A stretch of 53,460 bases of DNA from an uncultured Mediterraneibacter sp. (GTDB lineage: Bacteria > Bacillota > Clostridia > Lachnospirales > Lachnospiraceae). This document shows, piece by piece, positions 41,691 to 50,890 of this stretch. The stretch lies in NCBI GenBank assembly GCA_944377775.1, contig CALWFY010000164.1, forward strand, positions 1-53,460, read 5' to 3'. The position numbers were made by a program, and so were the translations under genes. Position 1 is the first letter of the stretch. Each line of letters starts with the position of its first letter. The notes under the pieces were generated by a model. The model had not been told where the DNA came from, ran no database searches, and saw only the letters and a list, made by a program, of their open reading frames with translations.

Positions 41691-41805
41691 TTTGAAGTAC
41701 TAGGTAGTTTCAAAATAGTTGGCGAACAAATTACCGGAAGTTTTATTTTGCATAATGAAGTTTATTTCCTAGAAGCAAAATGGACAAATAAAAAAATTGT
41801 AATCT
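41691..41805 (+). pseudogene. PD-(D/E)xK restriction endonuclease remnant
   Basis: FEVLGSFKIVGEQITGSFILHNEVYFLEAKW resembles the Mrr-like GEQIDGSF...EAKW motif. Confidence 0.55.
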
Positions 41806-41978
41806 CACCATACATTTTAAAACTTATTTACCATGGCAGGAATTTCTCTTTTTACAAATCCCTTGTGTATGTAGGTTCCCAAATTGTACATTTATATATA
41901 GTTATAAGTAAATTACATCATATAACTTGCATTACACCATTATATAAGATACAATGATGATGTAATGGAGGCATAACT

Positions 41979-42953
41979 ATGGATAATACATTGACCTATT
42001 TGAAAGAAATATTCGGAATCAATATAAAAACAGAATGTGGGAAATTTTACAATGCTTTTCCTATGTATATGATGGAACGATATAAATTTTGTTTTATAAA
42101 AATTCCGGGCGATGATAAGTCTTATGTTTTGGTAGAACCATTAAAAAGACAAGATATAAATATAAATCAGCTGAAAAAGCAGATGAAACAAATATATGGC
42201 TATTCAGAATCTATGCCAATTTTTGTTTTTGAGAGCTTGCGTCTCTCCCAAAGAAATATATTAGTTAGAAATCAGATTCCTTTTATTCAACCGGATAATC
42301 AAATATATATACCGAATATAGCGATCAATTTAAGTCAAAAAGAAATAATCCAGAAAGATTATGGAAACGAATTTTCCATAGCTGCACAGGTAACGTATAT
42401 TTACCTTTTATTAAATGATATTAAAGAAACAAATGCACCACGCTTAGCGGCAGAAATGCCATATTCCAAAATAACATTTAATCGTGCATTATCAGAACTG
42501 GTAAGTCGGAAATTGCTTTATACAGAAGGTAAAGCTACCAGAAAAATGTATAAAACAATTGATAGGGATGAAATGTGGAAGAAAGGAAAGGAATTTCTTT
42601 TTAATCCTGTGGAAAAAGTGTTTTATGCCACTTACGATTTGTCCCATGAGGGATTATATATATCAGGTGAAACGGCATTAGCAAGATTGGGAGTATCCCT
42701 AACTGTGCCAGATACATTTTTTTATGCGACGACATCTGAAAAGATTAAAAGTATAGATAAAAAGAGGTTTGTTAATAAGTATGACATAGTTACGGAGGAC
42801 TATTTCGTTATAGAGCAATTTAAATATGATCCCGGGTTTTTGAGCACATCTCACTATGTTGATATCATATCTTTGTATGCGCAGCTTAAAGACAATGATG
42901 ATGAAAGAATGCAGATTGCCTTGGAAGAATTGCTGGAGGAGAAGAACTTATGA
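41979..42953 (+). CDS. Winged-helix protein, AbiEi-like antitoxin/regulator
   Basis: IPFI..Q.YIP, wHTH SKITFNRALSEL, SGETALA, VD..SLY..L...DER; coupled to the downstream NTase. Confidence 0.7.
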   Translation: MDNTLTYLKEIFGINIKTECGKFYNAFPMYMMERYKFCFIKIPGDDKSYVLVEPLKRQDININQLKKQMKQIYGYSESMPIFVFESLRLSQRNILVRNQIPFIQPDNQIYIPNIAINLSQKEIIQKDYGNEFSIAAQVTYIYLLLNDIKETNAPRLAAEMPYSKITFNRALSELVSRKLLYTEGKATRKMYKTIDRDEMWKKGKEFLFNPVEKVFYATYDLSHEGLYISGETALARLGVSLTVPDTFFYATTSEKIKSIDKKRFVNKYDIVTEDYFVIEQFKYDPGFLSTSHYVDIISLYAQLKDNDDERMQIALEELLEEKNL

Positions 42954-43687
42954 TCAGTATTAACGGACTAAATAAGTTCAGAGAATTTTTTGAGGAATAT
43001 GATAATAATTATGTGCTGATCGGTGGGACAGCATGTGCGATTATTTTCAATGAAATAGGAGAACCCTTTAGAGCTACAAAAGATATGGATATTGTTCTTA
43101 TAGTCGAAAATATAAATGATGAATTTGGACGAAAGTTGTGGGATTTCATCAAGAATGCTGGTTATGATGTTGAATTTGGCCAGGAAAAGAAATGCTTTTA
43201 CCGATTTAAAAATCCGAAAAATAATGATTTCCCAAAGATGATCGAATTGTTTTCATGTGATCAAAATGTTTCATTACCGGAAGATATCCACTTGATCCCT
43301 ATTCATGTTTCAGATGAAATATCAAGCTTGTCAGCTATTTTGTTAAATGAGGATTATTATCAGCTTATGATAAAGGGTAAGCGTGTAATAGACGGGCTCT
43401 CGGTTTTGGATGAAAAATATCTTATTCCATTTAAAGCCAAAGCTTGGTGCGAGCTTATAGAACGAAGAAAGCAGGGAGAAGAAGGGCAATCCCGGCATAT
43501 AAAAAAGCATTGTAAAGATATAGCTAATTTAGTTGGGCTATTGACGCCGGATGAGAGACTTGAGGTTTCGGGGATGGTAAAAACTGATATGCAGACTTTT
43601 GTGGATGATATTTTAACAAGTGAATTTGTGCCGGACAGTGTGGATGGCATAAAGTTACATAGAGTATTAAAAAAGATTTACTTATAA
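42950..43687 (+). CDS. AbiEii-like nucleotidyltransferase
   Basis: LIGGTA and RATKDMD Pol-beta motifs, K.KAW, KH..D; stop/start overlap with upstream gene. Confidence 0.8.
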   Translation: MISINGLNKFREFFEEYDNNYVLIGGTACAIIFNEIGEPFRATKDMDIVLIVENINDEFGRKLWDFIKNAGYDVEFGQEKKCFYRFKNPKNNDFPKMIELFSCDQNVSLPEDIHLIPIHVSDEISSLSAILLNEDYYQLMIKGKRVIDGLSVLDEKYLIPFKAKAWCELIERRKQGEEGQSRHIKKHCKDIANLVGLLTPDERLEVSGMVKTDMQTFVDDILTSEFVPDSVDGIKLHRVLKKIYL

Positions 43688-43786
43688 GAGAATTTATGAA
43701 GAAGATACAGAAGTTATAAGAAAAATAAAAGTTGTAAAAAGCCGTTAAATATAAGGAAATATGACAATTAGAGGAGAAGTGCGAAC

Positions 43787-44251
43787 ATGATAAAAATACT
43801 ATTCATCTGCCACGGCAACATCTGCCGCTCAACAATGGCCCAATACGTCTTCCAACACCTGGTCGACCAATCAGGCCTCACTGATTCTTTCTACATCGAC
43901 TCGGCTGCAACCAGCCGCGAGGAGATCGGCAATCCGGTCCATCACGGAACCCGGCGCAAGTTAAAGGAAGTGGGAATCCCCTGCGGCGATCACCGGGCCC
44001 GACAGATGCGCGCTGCAGAGTATGAGGAATTTGATTACATCATCGGGATGGATTCATGGAACATGCGCAATATCGGACGGATCATCGGAAACAATGACCC
44101 GGACAAAAAAGTGTACAAGCTCCTTGATTTTACAGACAGGAGAGGAGCAGATATTGCTGATCCCTGGTACACAGGAGATTTTGATGTTACTTACACAGAC
44201 GTAAAAGAGGGCTGTGAAGCCCTCCTTAAAGACTGCCTCTTACGCCTCTAA
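43787..44251 (+). CDS. Low molecular weight protein-tyrosine phosphatase
   Basis: CHGNICRS P-loop, DPWY. Confidence 0.96.
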   Translation: MIKILFICHGNICRSTMAQYVFQHLVDQSGLTDSFYIDSAATSREEIGNPVHHGTRRKLKEVGIPCGDHRARQMRAAEYEEFDYIIGMDSWNMRNIGRIIGNNDPDKKVYKLLDFTDRRGADIADPWYTGDFDVTYTDVKEGCEALLKDCLLRL

Positions 44252-44956
44252 GGCGTAGGAGAGCAGTTTTTTTAAATTGTGGTGAAACCGGCGGTTCTGG
44301 TTTTTAAGCCGCATCTTTTCTGTTCCGGATTTCGTTTCTTCGATGTAAGTGTCGTAGTGGGAAAACAGGATACGATAGTCTGCGGTCGGTTTCTGTCCCC
44401 AGCGGACGAGCACCCAGTTCATTGCGTCCGGCGTCCAGTATTCCATAGGGATACCGGCCATCTTAAGGACTGTGATGTACTGAACAGCCTGCATGGAAAG
44501 CCGGGCGATCTCCTGAGTCCGAAAAGTTTCTTCCTGTTTTTTGCTTTTTCCGATCTTTTTAAAAATCCGCTGTGGAAGGCTTTTTTTCTGAGATTCCCTC
44601 TCCATCAGACGGAGGCTTTTCTTCAGGATATCGTTCAGCTGGCTGGCTGTGTTCCAGTAAGTGACGAAAGAGGCCGGTTCTTCTTTTTCCCCGTCCTCAG
44701 GCCCCACTTTAAAGGTGCGGAATACCCGCTCCGTCTCGCCGAATGTTTCCCTGTTGTATTCTCTGCGCTTGTCCGGGTTAGACAGTACCCGGTAAGCTTC
44801 AAGGATTTCCTGCATAAAAGCAGTAGTGTCGATATCTTTATGTATATTTGCATCAGGATGGTACACTTTAGCCAATGCATTTTTGGCGGCCGTGATCTCG
44901 TCCAATGTCGCATCTCTGGAAACACCTAAAATGTCATAATAAGTGTGAGATTTCAT
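44240..44956 (-). CDS. DnaJ (J-domain) protein
   Basis: YYDILGV, HPD, EAYRVLS..KR..Y; unrecognised C-terminus. Confidence 0.88.
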   Translation of the reverse strand: MKSHTYYDILGVSRDATLDEITAAKNALAKVYHPDANIHKDIDTTAFMQEILEAYRVLSNPDKRREYNRETFGETERVFRTFKVGPEDGEKEEPASFVTYWNTASQLNDILKKSLRLMERESQKKSLPQRIFKKIGKSKKQEETFRTQEIARLSMQAVQYITVLKMAGIPMEYWTPDAMNWVLVRWGQKPTADYRILFSHYDTYIEETKSGTEKMRLKNQNRRFHHNLKKLLSYALEA

Positions 44957-45109
44957 AAATGACCTCCTTATTAAATTAACAATTTATTCTCCCGTGACTA
45001 ATATACGCCCGAGTATGGCAAAAGTCAATCATCCCGGGAGAAAATAAAAATGAATAATTCCGGGTGTGCACGCTTATATTTTTAACAGACGAACTTTAAA
45101 AGAGGTTTT

Positions 45110-46327
45110 GTGATGAAACGAATACAGGCGCTTATTCTGGGAATGGTTTTAGTTTTATCCTGTCTGTACGCACCCTTGAAGGTTCTGGGTGAGGAGGAAC
45201 AGGAAGAACAGCAGTCGGAACAAGCAGTTCAGGAGGAGGCGCAGGCGGAAGTGGAGGTCAGCGCGCCGTCAGCGATTCTTATGGAAGCGTCTACTGAAAG
45301 TGTTATTTATGAGAAAGACGCGGACACAGCGCGCCCTCCGGCCAGCGTGACAAAAGTCATGACACTTTTAATTATATTTGATGCGCTTGAGGAAGGAAGC
45401 ATAAAGCTGGAAGATGAAGTGACAACCTCCGAACATGCGGCATCCATGGGCGGTTCTCAGGTCTTTTTAGAACCGGGAGAGACCCAGACGGTTGACACAA
45501 TGATAAAATGCATTGCTGTGGCAAGCGCCAATGATGCCTGTGTAGCCATGGCTGAATACATATGCGGCAGTGAGGAGGAGTTTGTCCGCAGGATGAACGA
45601 ACGCGCAAAAGGTCTGGGGATGGAAAACACCAACTTTGTCAACTGCAATGGGCTGGATACTGAGGGGCATGTGATCAGTGCAAGAGACATTGCTCTGATG
45701 TCGAGAGAGCTGATTACCAAATATCCTCAGATTCATGATTATGCTATGATCTGGATGGAAAATATCACCCACACTACGAGCAAAGGGACGTCGGAGTTTG
45801 GACTGACAAATACGAATAAGCTGGTGCGCCAGTATGAGTATGCAACAGGACTTAAAACCGGCTCCACAGGGGAGGCAAAGTTCTGCGTCTCCGCCACCGG
45901 AGAGAAAAACGGGATTGAGCTGATTGCAGTAGTTATGGGTGCAGAGACTTCAAAGGAGCGGTTTGCAGACGCAGTAAAACTGTTAAATCATGGGTTTGGG
46001 AAATGTCAGCTTTATACGGATGAAGAACCGTCTGAAGTACAGACTGTGAAAGTAGAAGGCGGAGTTGCTGATACAGTCAGTGTGGAGCGGGCAGAGGCAT
46101 TTTCCTACTTGGATACTTCGGGCGCAAATTTAAACGGAATAGAGAAAAAAGTCGACATGCAGAAAAAGATACAGGCTCCAATCAAAAAGGGAGATGTGAT
46201 CGGCCACATCATCTATACCCTTGACGGCAGCGAGATCGGAAGGACAGAGCTGATCGCAGGAGAGGATGTAAAAAAGGCCAAATTTATAGATTATTTTATA
46301 AAATCGCTGAAAAAAGCGGCCATATAA
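45110..46327 (+). CDS. dacF: D-alanyl-D-alanine carboxypeptidase (DacF-like)
   Basis: Signal peptide, PASVTK, SAN, KTG; MGGSQVFL. Confidence 0.85.
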   Translation: MMKRIQALILGMVLVLSCLYAPLKVLGEEEQEEQQSEQAVQEEAQAEVEVSAPSAILMEASTESVIYEKDADTARPPASVTKVMTLLIIFDALEEGSIKLEDEVTTSEHAASMGGSQVFLEPGETQTVDTMIKCIAVASANDACVAMAEYICGSEEEFVRRMNERAKGLGMENTNFVNCNGLDTEGHVISARDIALMSRELITKYPQIHDYAMIWMENITHTTSKGTSEFGLTNTNKLVRQYEYATGLKTGSTGEAKFCVSATGEKNGIELIAVVMGAETSKERFADAVKLLNHGFGKCQLYTDEEPSEVQTVKVEGGVADTVSVERAEAFSYLDTSGANLNGIEKKVDMQKKIQAPIKKGDVIGHIIYTLDGSEIGRTELIAGEDVKKAKFIDYFIKSLKKAAI

Positions 46328-46454
46328 AACAGGTTTATAACAACTGCCGCATCTTGACCCTCCGGCATGCAGAAGATATAATATGTGCAGAAAACGGCAG
46401 AGACAGATTTTGACAGAGAACTGCCATACTATTTAGGCTATGGAGGGATTTCCT

Positions 46455-47120
46455 ATGAATTATGCAAAAATGATTGACCATACATTGCTGAAACCCGAGG
46501 CTTCAAAAGAGGATATCAAAAAGCTGTGTGAAGAAGCTGTGGAGTACGGATTCTGTTCTGTGTGTGTAAATTCCGCGTTTGTTGCTTACTGTGCGGAGCT
46601 TTTAAAAGATACAGAAGTGAAAGTGTGTACAGTGATCGGATTCCCCTTAGGAGCCATGTCCACGAAGGCAAAAGCCGCTGAAGCAGAAATCGCTGTGGCG
46701 GACGGAGCAGCTGAACTGGATATGGTGCTCCCTGTGGGAATGGTAAAGAGCGGGGACTGGGATTATGTAAAAAATGATATTGAAGCAGTAGTAAAAGCCG
46801 CGGGAGACCATGCGCTGGTAAAAGTGATTCTGGAGACCTGCCTGCTTACAGATGAAGAAAAGGTAAAAGCCTGCCTGGCTGCAAAAGAGGCGGACGCGGC
46901 ATTTGTGAAAACTTCCACCGGATTTTCTTCAGGAGGGGCTGAAGCGAAAGACGTGGCTTTGATGCGCCGTACTGTGGGAACCGACATGGGAGTGAAAGCT
47001 TCCGGCGGAATCCGCTGTTTAAATGACGCTGAAGAAATGGTGAAAGCCGGAGCAGACAGGATTGGAGCCAGCGCTGGTATCGCCATTGTAAAAGAGCAGG
47101 AAAGGGCAGAAAAAGCGTGA
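46455..47120 (+). CDS. deoC: Deoxyribose-phosphate aldolase
   Basis: [33 protein letters not shown]. Confidence 0.97.
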   Translation: MNYAKMIDHTLLKPEASKEDIKKLCEEAVEYGFCSVCVNSAFVAYCAELLKDTEVKVCTVIGFPLGAMSTKAKAAEAEIAVADGAAELDMVLPVGMVKSGDWDYVKNDIEAVVKAAGDHALVKVILETCLLTDEEKVKACLAAKEADAAFVKTSTGFSSGGAEAKDVALMRRTVGTDMGVKASGGIRCLNDAEEMVKAGADRIGASAGIAIVKEQERAEKA

Positions 47121-48037
47121 TGAATATCCTTTATATTTTGATTATCCTTCTGCTTGTTCTTGCCTTGGCTGCGGCGCTGGAGATATACAGGGAGCTTCAT
47201 CATTTTTGTGTTACCCGGTATGATGTCACATCAGAGAAGCTCTCAGGCACGGCCAGGGAAGTGAAACTCCTTTTTTTAAGTGATCTGCATAATCGTACAT
47301 ATGGAAGAGAAAACAGAAGGCTGCTTCAAAGCATCAAAGAGGAGGCGCCGGATATCATTCTGATCGGCGGGGACATGCTTGTGGGAAAGGCAAATGTTCC
47401 CTGTGATACAGCTCTGGATTTTGTGCGGCAGCTGCCGGAAATCTGTCCGGTGATCTATGCAAACGGCAACCATGAGTTAAGAATGAAAGAGGACGGGAAA
47501 GTTTACGGGGATACATATGCGCAATACAAAAATTCTCTTGAAAAGTGCGGGGTACATTTTCTGGAAAATGAAAGTCTCCGGGTAGAACTGGGAGAGAAAA
47601 ACCTGCATATATTCGGACTGGAACTTCCGGTATCTTCCTGCAGGAAATTTAAAAAGGCACCTGTTACCGCAAAAGATATTGAGACGTATCTCGGAGCGCG
47701 GGCGAATGAAAAAAAAGACAGTTATACGATCCTGCTGGCGCACAATCCGGCATACATGGAGGCTTATCTTGAGTGGGGCGCTGACATGGTTTTAAGCGGA
47801 CATCTCCACGGCGGCCTTGTGCGCGTGCCGGGAATCGGAGGAATCGTCACTCCTCAGGGCTTCCTTTTTCCAAAATATTCAGGGGAAATAACCCGGGCAG
47901 GAGAACAGACCGTGATCGTGAGCAGAGGATTGGGTACACACACCATGAATATCCGCCTCTTTAATACGCCTGAGCTCATCTCGATCCGCCTTGGCGGGAA
48001 AGACGCCGGACACGGCAGCAAAGCGGGACAGCCGTAA
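47120..48037 (+). CDS. Membrane-anchored metallophosphoesterase (YkuE-like)
   Basis: SDLH, GGD, GNHE, AHNP, SGHLHGG, SRGLG. Confidence 0.92.
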   Translation: MNILYILIILLLVLALAAALEIYRELHHFCVTRYDVTSEKLSGTAREVKLLFLSDLHNRTYGRENRRLLQSIKEEAPDIILIGGDMLVGKANVPCDTALDFVRQLPEICPVIYANGNHELRMKEDGKVYGDTYAQYKNSLEKCGVHFLENESLRVELGEKNLHIFGLELPVSSCRKFKKAPVTAKDIETYLGARANEKKDSYTILLAHNPAYMEAYLEWGADMVLSGHLHGGLVRVPGIGGIVTPQGFLFPKYSGEITRAGEQTVIVSRGLGTHTMNIRLFNTPELISIRLGGKDAGHGSKAGQP

Positions 48038-48116
48038 AAAAATATTGTAAAAACAGACGGATTCCCTTATAATTTAATACTGGTATATTTTAAAATACAT
48101 TGTTCGGAGAAAATAC

Positions 48117-48896
48117 ATGGGAATACCGGTAAAGCTGGAAGTGTTTGAAGGTCCGCTGGACCTTCTGCTTCATTTGATTGATAAAAATAAAATAGATATC
48201 TATGATATACCGATTGTTGAGATTACGAATCAGTACATGGAATACATAAGGAACATGCAGAGAGAAGACTTAAATGTCATGAGCGAATTCCTTGTCATGG
48301 CTGCAACTCTTCTGGATATCAAATGCAGGATGCTCCTTCCCAAGGAAGTGACTGAGGACGGAGAGGAAGAAGACCCCAGACAGGAACTGGTGGAACAGCT
48401 TCTCCAGTATAAGATGTACAAGTACATGGCGGAAGAATTAAAAGACCGTCAGACGGATTCCGATCTTGTCCTGTACAGAGAACCGGCGGTGCCGGAGGAA
48501 GTTAAGGAGTATGTTGAGCCGGTGGATCTGGATATTCTTCTGGGGGATTTGACTCTTGCCCGTCTCAATGCTGTTTTTCAGGATGTGATGAAACGCCAGG
48601 TGGACAAGATCGACCCGGTCCGGAGCAAGTTCGGGAAAATCGAGAAAGAGGAAGTCTCTCTCTCGGATAAATTTACATATATTCATGGATACTTAAAAAC
48701 GCATAAAAGATTTGGTTTCCGGCAGCTTCTGGAGAAGCAGCACAGCAAGATGCATGTGGTCGTTACATTTCTGGCGATTCTCGAGATGATGAAACTGGGA
48801 GAAATCCGGGTGGAGCAGGACGGCACATGTCAGGAGATCATAATTGAAAGGACAGGAAATACAGATGGAGATAGAGATGCTTCAGAGCGCCATTGA
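48117..48896 (+). CDS. scpA: Segregation and condensation protein A
   Basis: FEGPLDLLLHLI, VTFLAILEM. Confidence 0.96.
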   Translation: MGIPVKLEVFEGPLDLLLHLIDKNKIDIYDIPIVEITNQYMEYIRNMQREDLNVMSEFLVMAATLLDIKCRMLLPKEVTEDGEEEDPRQELVEQLLQYKMYKYMAEELKDRQTDSDLVLYREPAVPEEVKEYVEPVDLDILLGDLTLARLNAVFQDVMKRQVDKIDPVRSKFGKIEKEEVSLSDKFTYIHGYLKTHKRFGFRQLLEKQHSKMHVVVTFLAILEMMKLGEIRVEQDGTCQEIIIERTGNTDGDRDASERH

Positions 48897-49434
48897 GGCG
48901 ATTCTTTTTGCGATGGGCGATTCAGTGGAGCTTGAGAAACTGGCTTCAGCCATTGAGCATGACGAGGAGACGACGAGGAAGCTCATTCACAATATGATGG
49001 ATAAATACGAAGCCCAGGACCGGGGAATCCGGATCATTGAGCTTGACAATGCCTATCAGCTCTGTACAAAAAAGGAAATGTACGAATATCTCATACGCGT
49101 GGCAAAACAGCCCCGCAGGTATGTGCTTACGGACGTTCTTTTAGAAACTCTGTCCATTATCGCATACAGACAGCCTGTGACAAAGCTGGAGATTGAGAAA
49201 ATCCGCGGCGTGAAGTCAGACCATGCGGTAAATAAGCTGGTAGAATACGGACTGGTGGAGGAGACAGGGCGCCTGGACGCACCCGGAAGACCCCTTCTTT
49301 TTGGAACAACGGAAGAGTTCTTACGAAGATTCAGCGTGCATTCTCTTGATGAACTTCCGGTGCTCGACCAGGAACAGATCGAGCATTTCAAAGAGGAGGC
49401 TGAAGACGAGGCTCAGCTGAAACTGGATATCTGA
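48865..49434 (+). CDS. scpB: Segregation and condensation protein B
   Basis: IEAILF, LETLSIIAYRQPVT, IRGV, PGRP..FGTT. Confidence 0.96.
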   Translation: MEIEMLQSAIEAILFAMGDSVELEKLASAIEHDEETTRKLIHNMMDKYEAQDRGIRIIELDNAYQLCTKKEMYEYLIRVAKQPRRYVLTDVLLETLSIIAYRQPVTKLEIEKIRGVKSDHAVNKLVEYGLVEETGRLDAPGRPLLFGTTEEFLRRFSVHSLDELPVLDQEQIEHFKEEAEDEAQLKLDI

Positions 49435-49463
49435 TCAGGCTGCTGATGCCGGAACTGTCATGA

Positions 49464-49492
49464 TTCTATTTTGCGGTGCGGCCGCATATAGT
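49464..49492 (+). promoter_or_regulatory. Putative sigma-E promoter of dacB
   Basis: TTCTATT-14 nt-CATATAGT fits sigma-E consensus; dacB is sigma-E dependent in B. subtilis. Confidence 0.55.
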
Positions 49493-49525
49493 GGGAATGA
49501 GACGGGAATGGCAGAGGTATCCTGG

Positions 49526-50788
49526 ATGAAAAAAAGAAAAAATCGAATAAAAACAGCGCTGGTTTTACTGATTTGTATCATGGCATACGCTGTGCTGCAG
49601 CCCTTTGCACCTTATATGATTCAGGCAGAGGAGGAGAGCGGCAGTGATACTGAGATAAAACCGTCTGAATTGTACGCCCGGTCAGCGGTCCTTATGGATG
49701 CTCAAACAGGGCGTATTTTATTTGCAAAAAACGCGCAGGAAGAGATGCCTATGGCCAGCACGACAAAGATCATGACCTGTATTCTTGCCCTGGAGGAGGG
49801 AAATATGTCTGATCAGGTTGCTGTCAGTCAGGAGGCAGCCTCTCAGCCTGAGGTAAAACTGGGGATGCAGACCGGCCAGAAATTTTACCTGAAAGACCTG
49901 CTTTATTCACTCATGCTGGAATCTCATAATGACGCGGCTGTTGCTGTTGCGGAGCATGTGGGCGGGAGCGTACAGGGATTTGCAGATAAAATGAACCAGA
50001 AAGCTGAAGAATTAGGCTGTACTTCTACTTATTTTATTACTCCAAACGGTCTGGACGCGCAGGATGAGAACGGCATTCATCACACGACTGCGGAAGATTT
50101 GGGACGGATTATGAAATACTGCATCATGGATTCGGCGGAGAAAGATCGGTTTTTGGAGATTACACAGACTCCGTCATATACTTTTTCGGACTGCAGCGGA
50201 TCGGGAAATTATACCTGCAACAACCATAATACGTTCCTTAAGATGATGGACGGGGCGCTTTCCGGCAAGACCGGATTTACTGCGGATGCAGGATACTGTT
50301 ATGTGGGCGCGCTTCAAAGAGATGACAGGACGTTTATCGTCGCCCTGCTGGCATGCGGATGGCCGAATAATAAAGGGTATAAGTGGTCGGATACAAAGAA
50401 GCTGATGACTTACGGAATTGAAAACTATTTTTATCGGGAGGCTGCACCGGAACTTCCGAAAGATACCATAAGTGTAAAGAATGGGTTTAACGGAGGATTT
50501 CCGCAGAAAGAACCGGTGGAAGCCCAGGTGAAGACGGGAGGCAGTTCCCGCAGTTTTCTTATGAAAGAGTCAGAAAAAATAGAAAGGACAGAAGATTTCC
50601 CGGAGGAGATTACAGCTCCCGTAAAAACCGGGGATCAGCTGGGGGAGATTGTGTACACAGTGGACGGGAAAATCATGGCAGTATATCCTGTATTTGCAGC
50701 CGAAGATGTGGAAAAACGTACATTTAAAGTGTGTTTATCTTACACAGGAAAAATGTTTTTATGCCAGCAGGATAAAATAAATCAATAA
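49526..50788 (+). CDS. dacB: D-alanyl-D-alanine carboxypeptidase (DacB-like)
   Basis: PMASTTK, SHN, KTG; follows scpAB. Confidence 0.8.
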   Translation: MKKRKNRIKTALVLLICIMAYAVLQPFAPYMIQAEEESGSDTEIKPSELYARSAVLMDAQTGRILFAKNAQEEMPMASTTKIMTCILALEEGNMSDQVAVSQEAASQPEVKLGMQTGQKFYLKDLLYSLMLESHNDAAVAVAEHVGGSVQGFADKMNQKAEELGCTSTYFITPNGLDAQDENGIHHTTAEDLGRIMKYCIMDSAEKDRFLEITQTPSYTFSDCSGSGNYTCNNHNTFLKMMDGALSGKTGFTADAGYCYVGALQRDDRTFIVALLACGWPNNKGYKWSDTKKLMTYGIENYFYREAAPELPKDTISVKNGFNGGFPQKEPVEAQVKTGGSSRSFLMKESEKIERTEDFPEEITAPVKTGDQLGEIVYTVDGKIMAVYPVFAAEDVEKRTFKVCLSYTGKMFLCQQDKINQ

Positions 50789-50890
50789 AAATGATTAATT
50801 TTGTCACTGTTATAGCGTGAAAAGCTGTGTTAGTATAGGTGAGAATAAAAAAGAACAACTAAATTGATTATATATAAGGAGTGTACTGCT

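Noticed and set aside
41748-41957. 69 aa ORF as a real gene
   Set aside because: TTG start without RBS; better explained as the tail of the nuclease remnant running into AT-rich promoter DNA.
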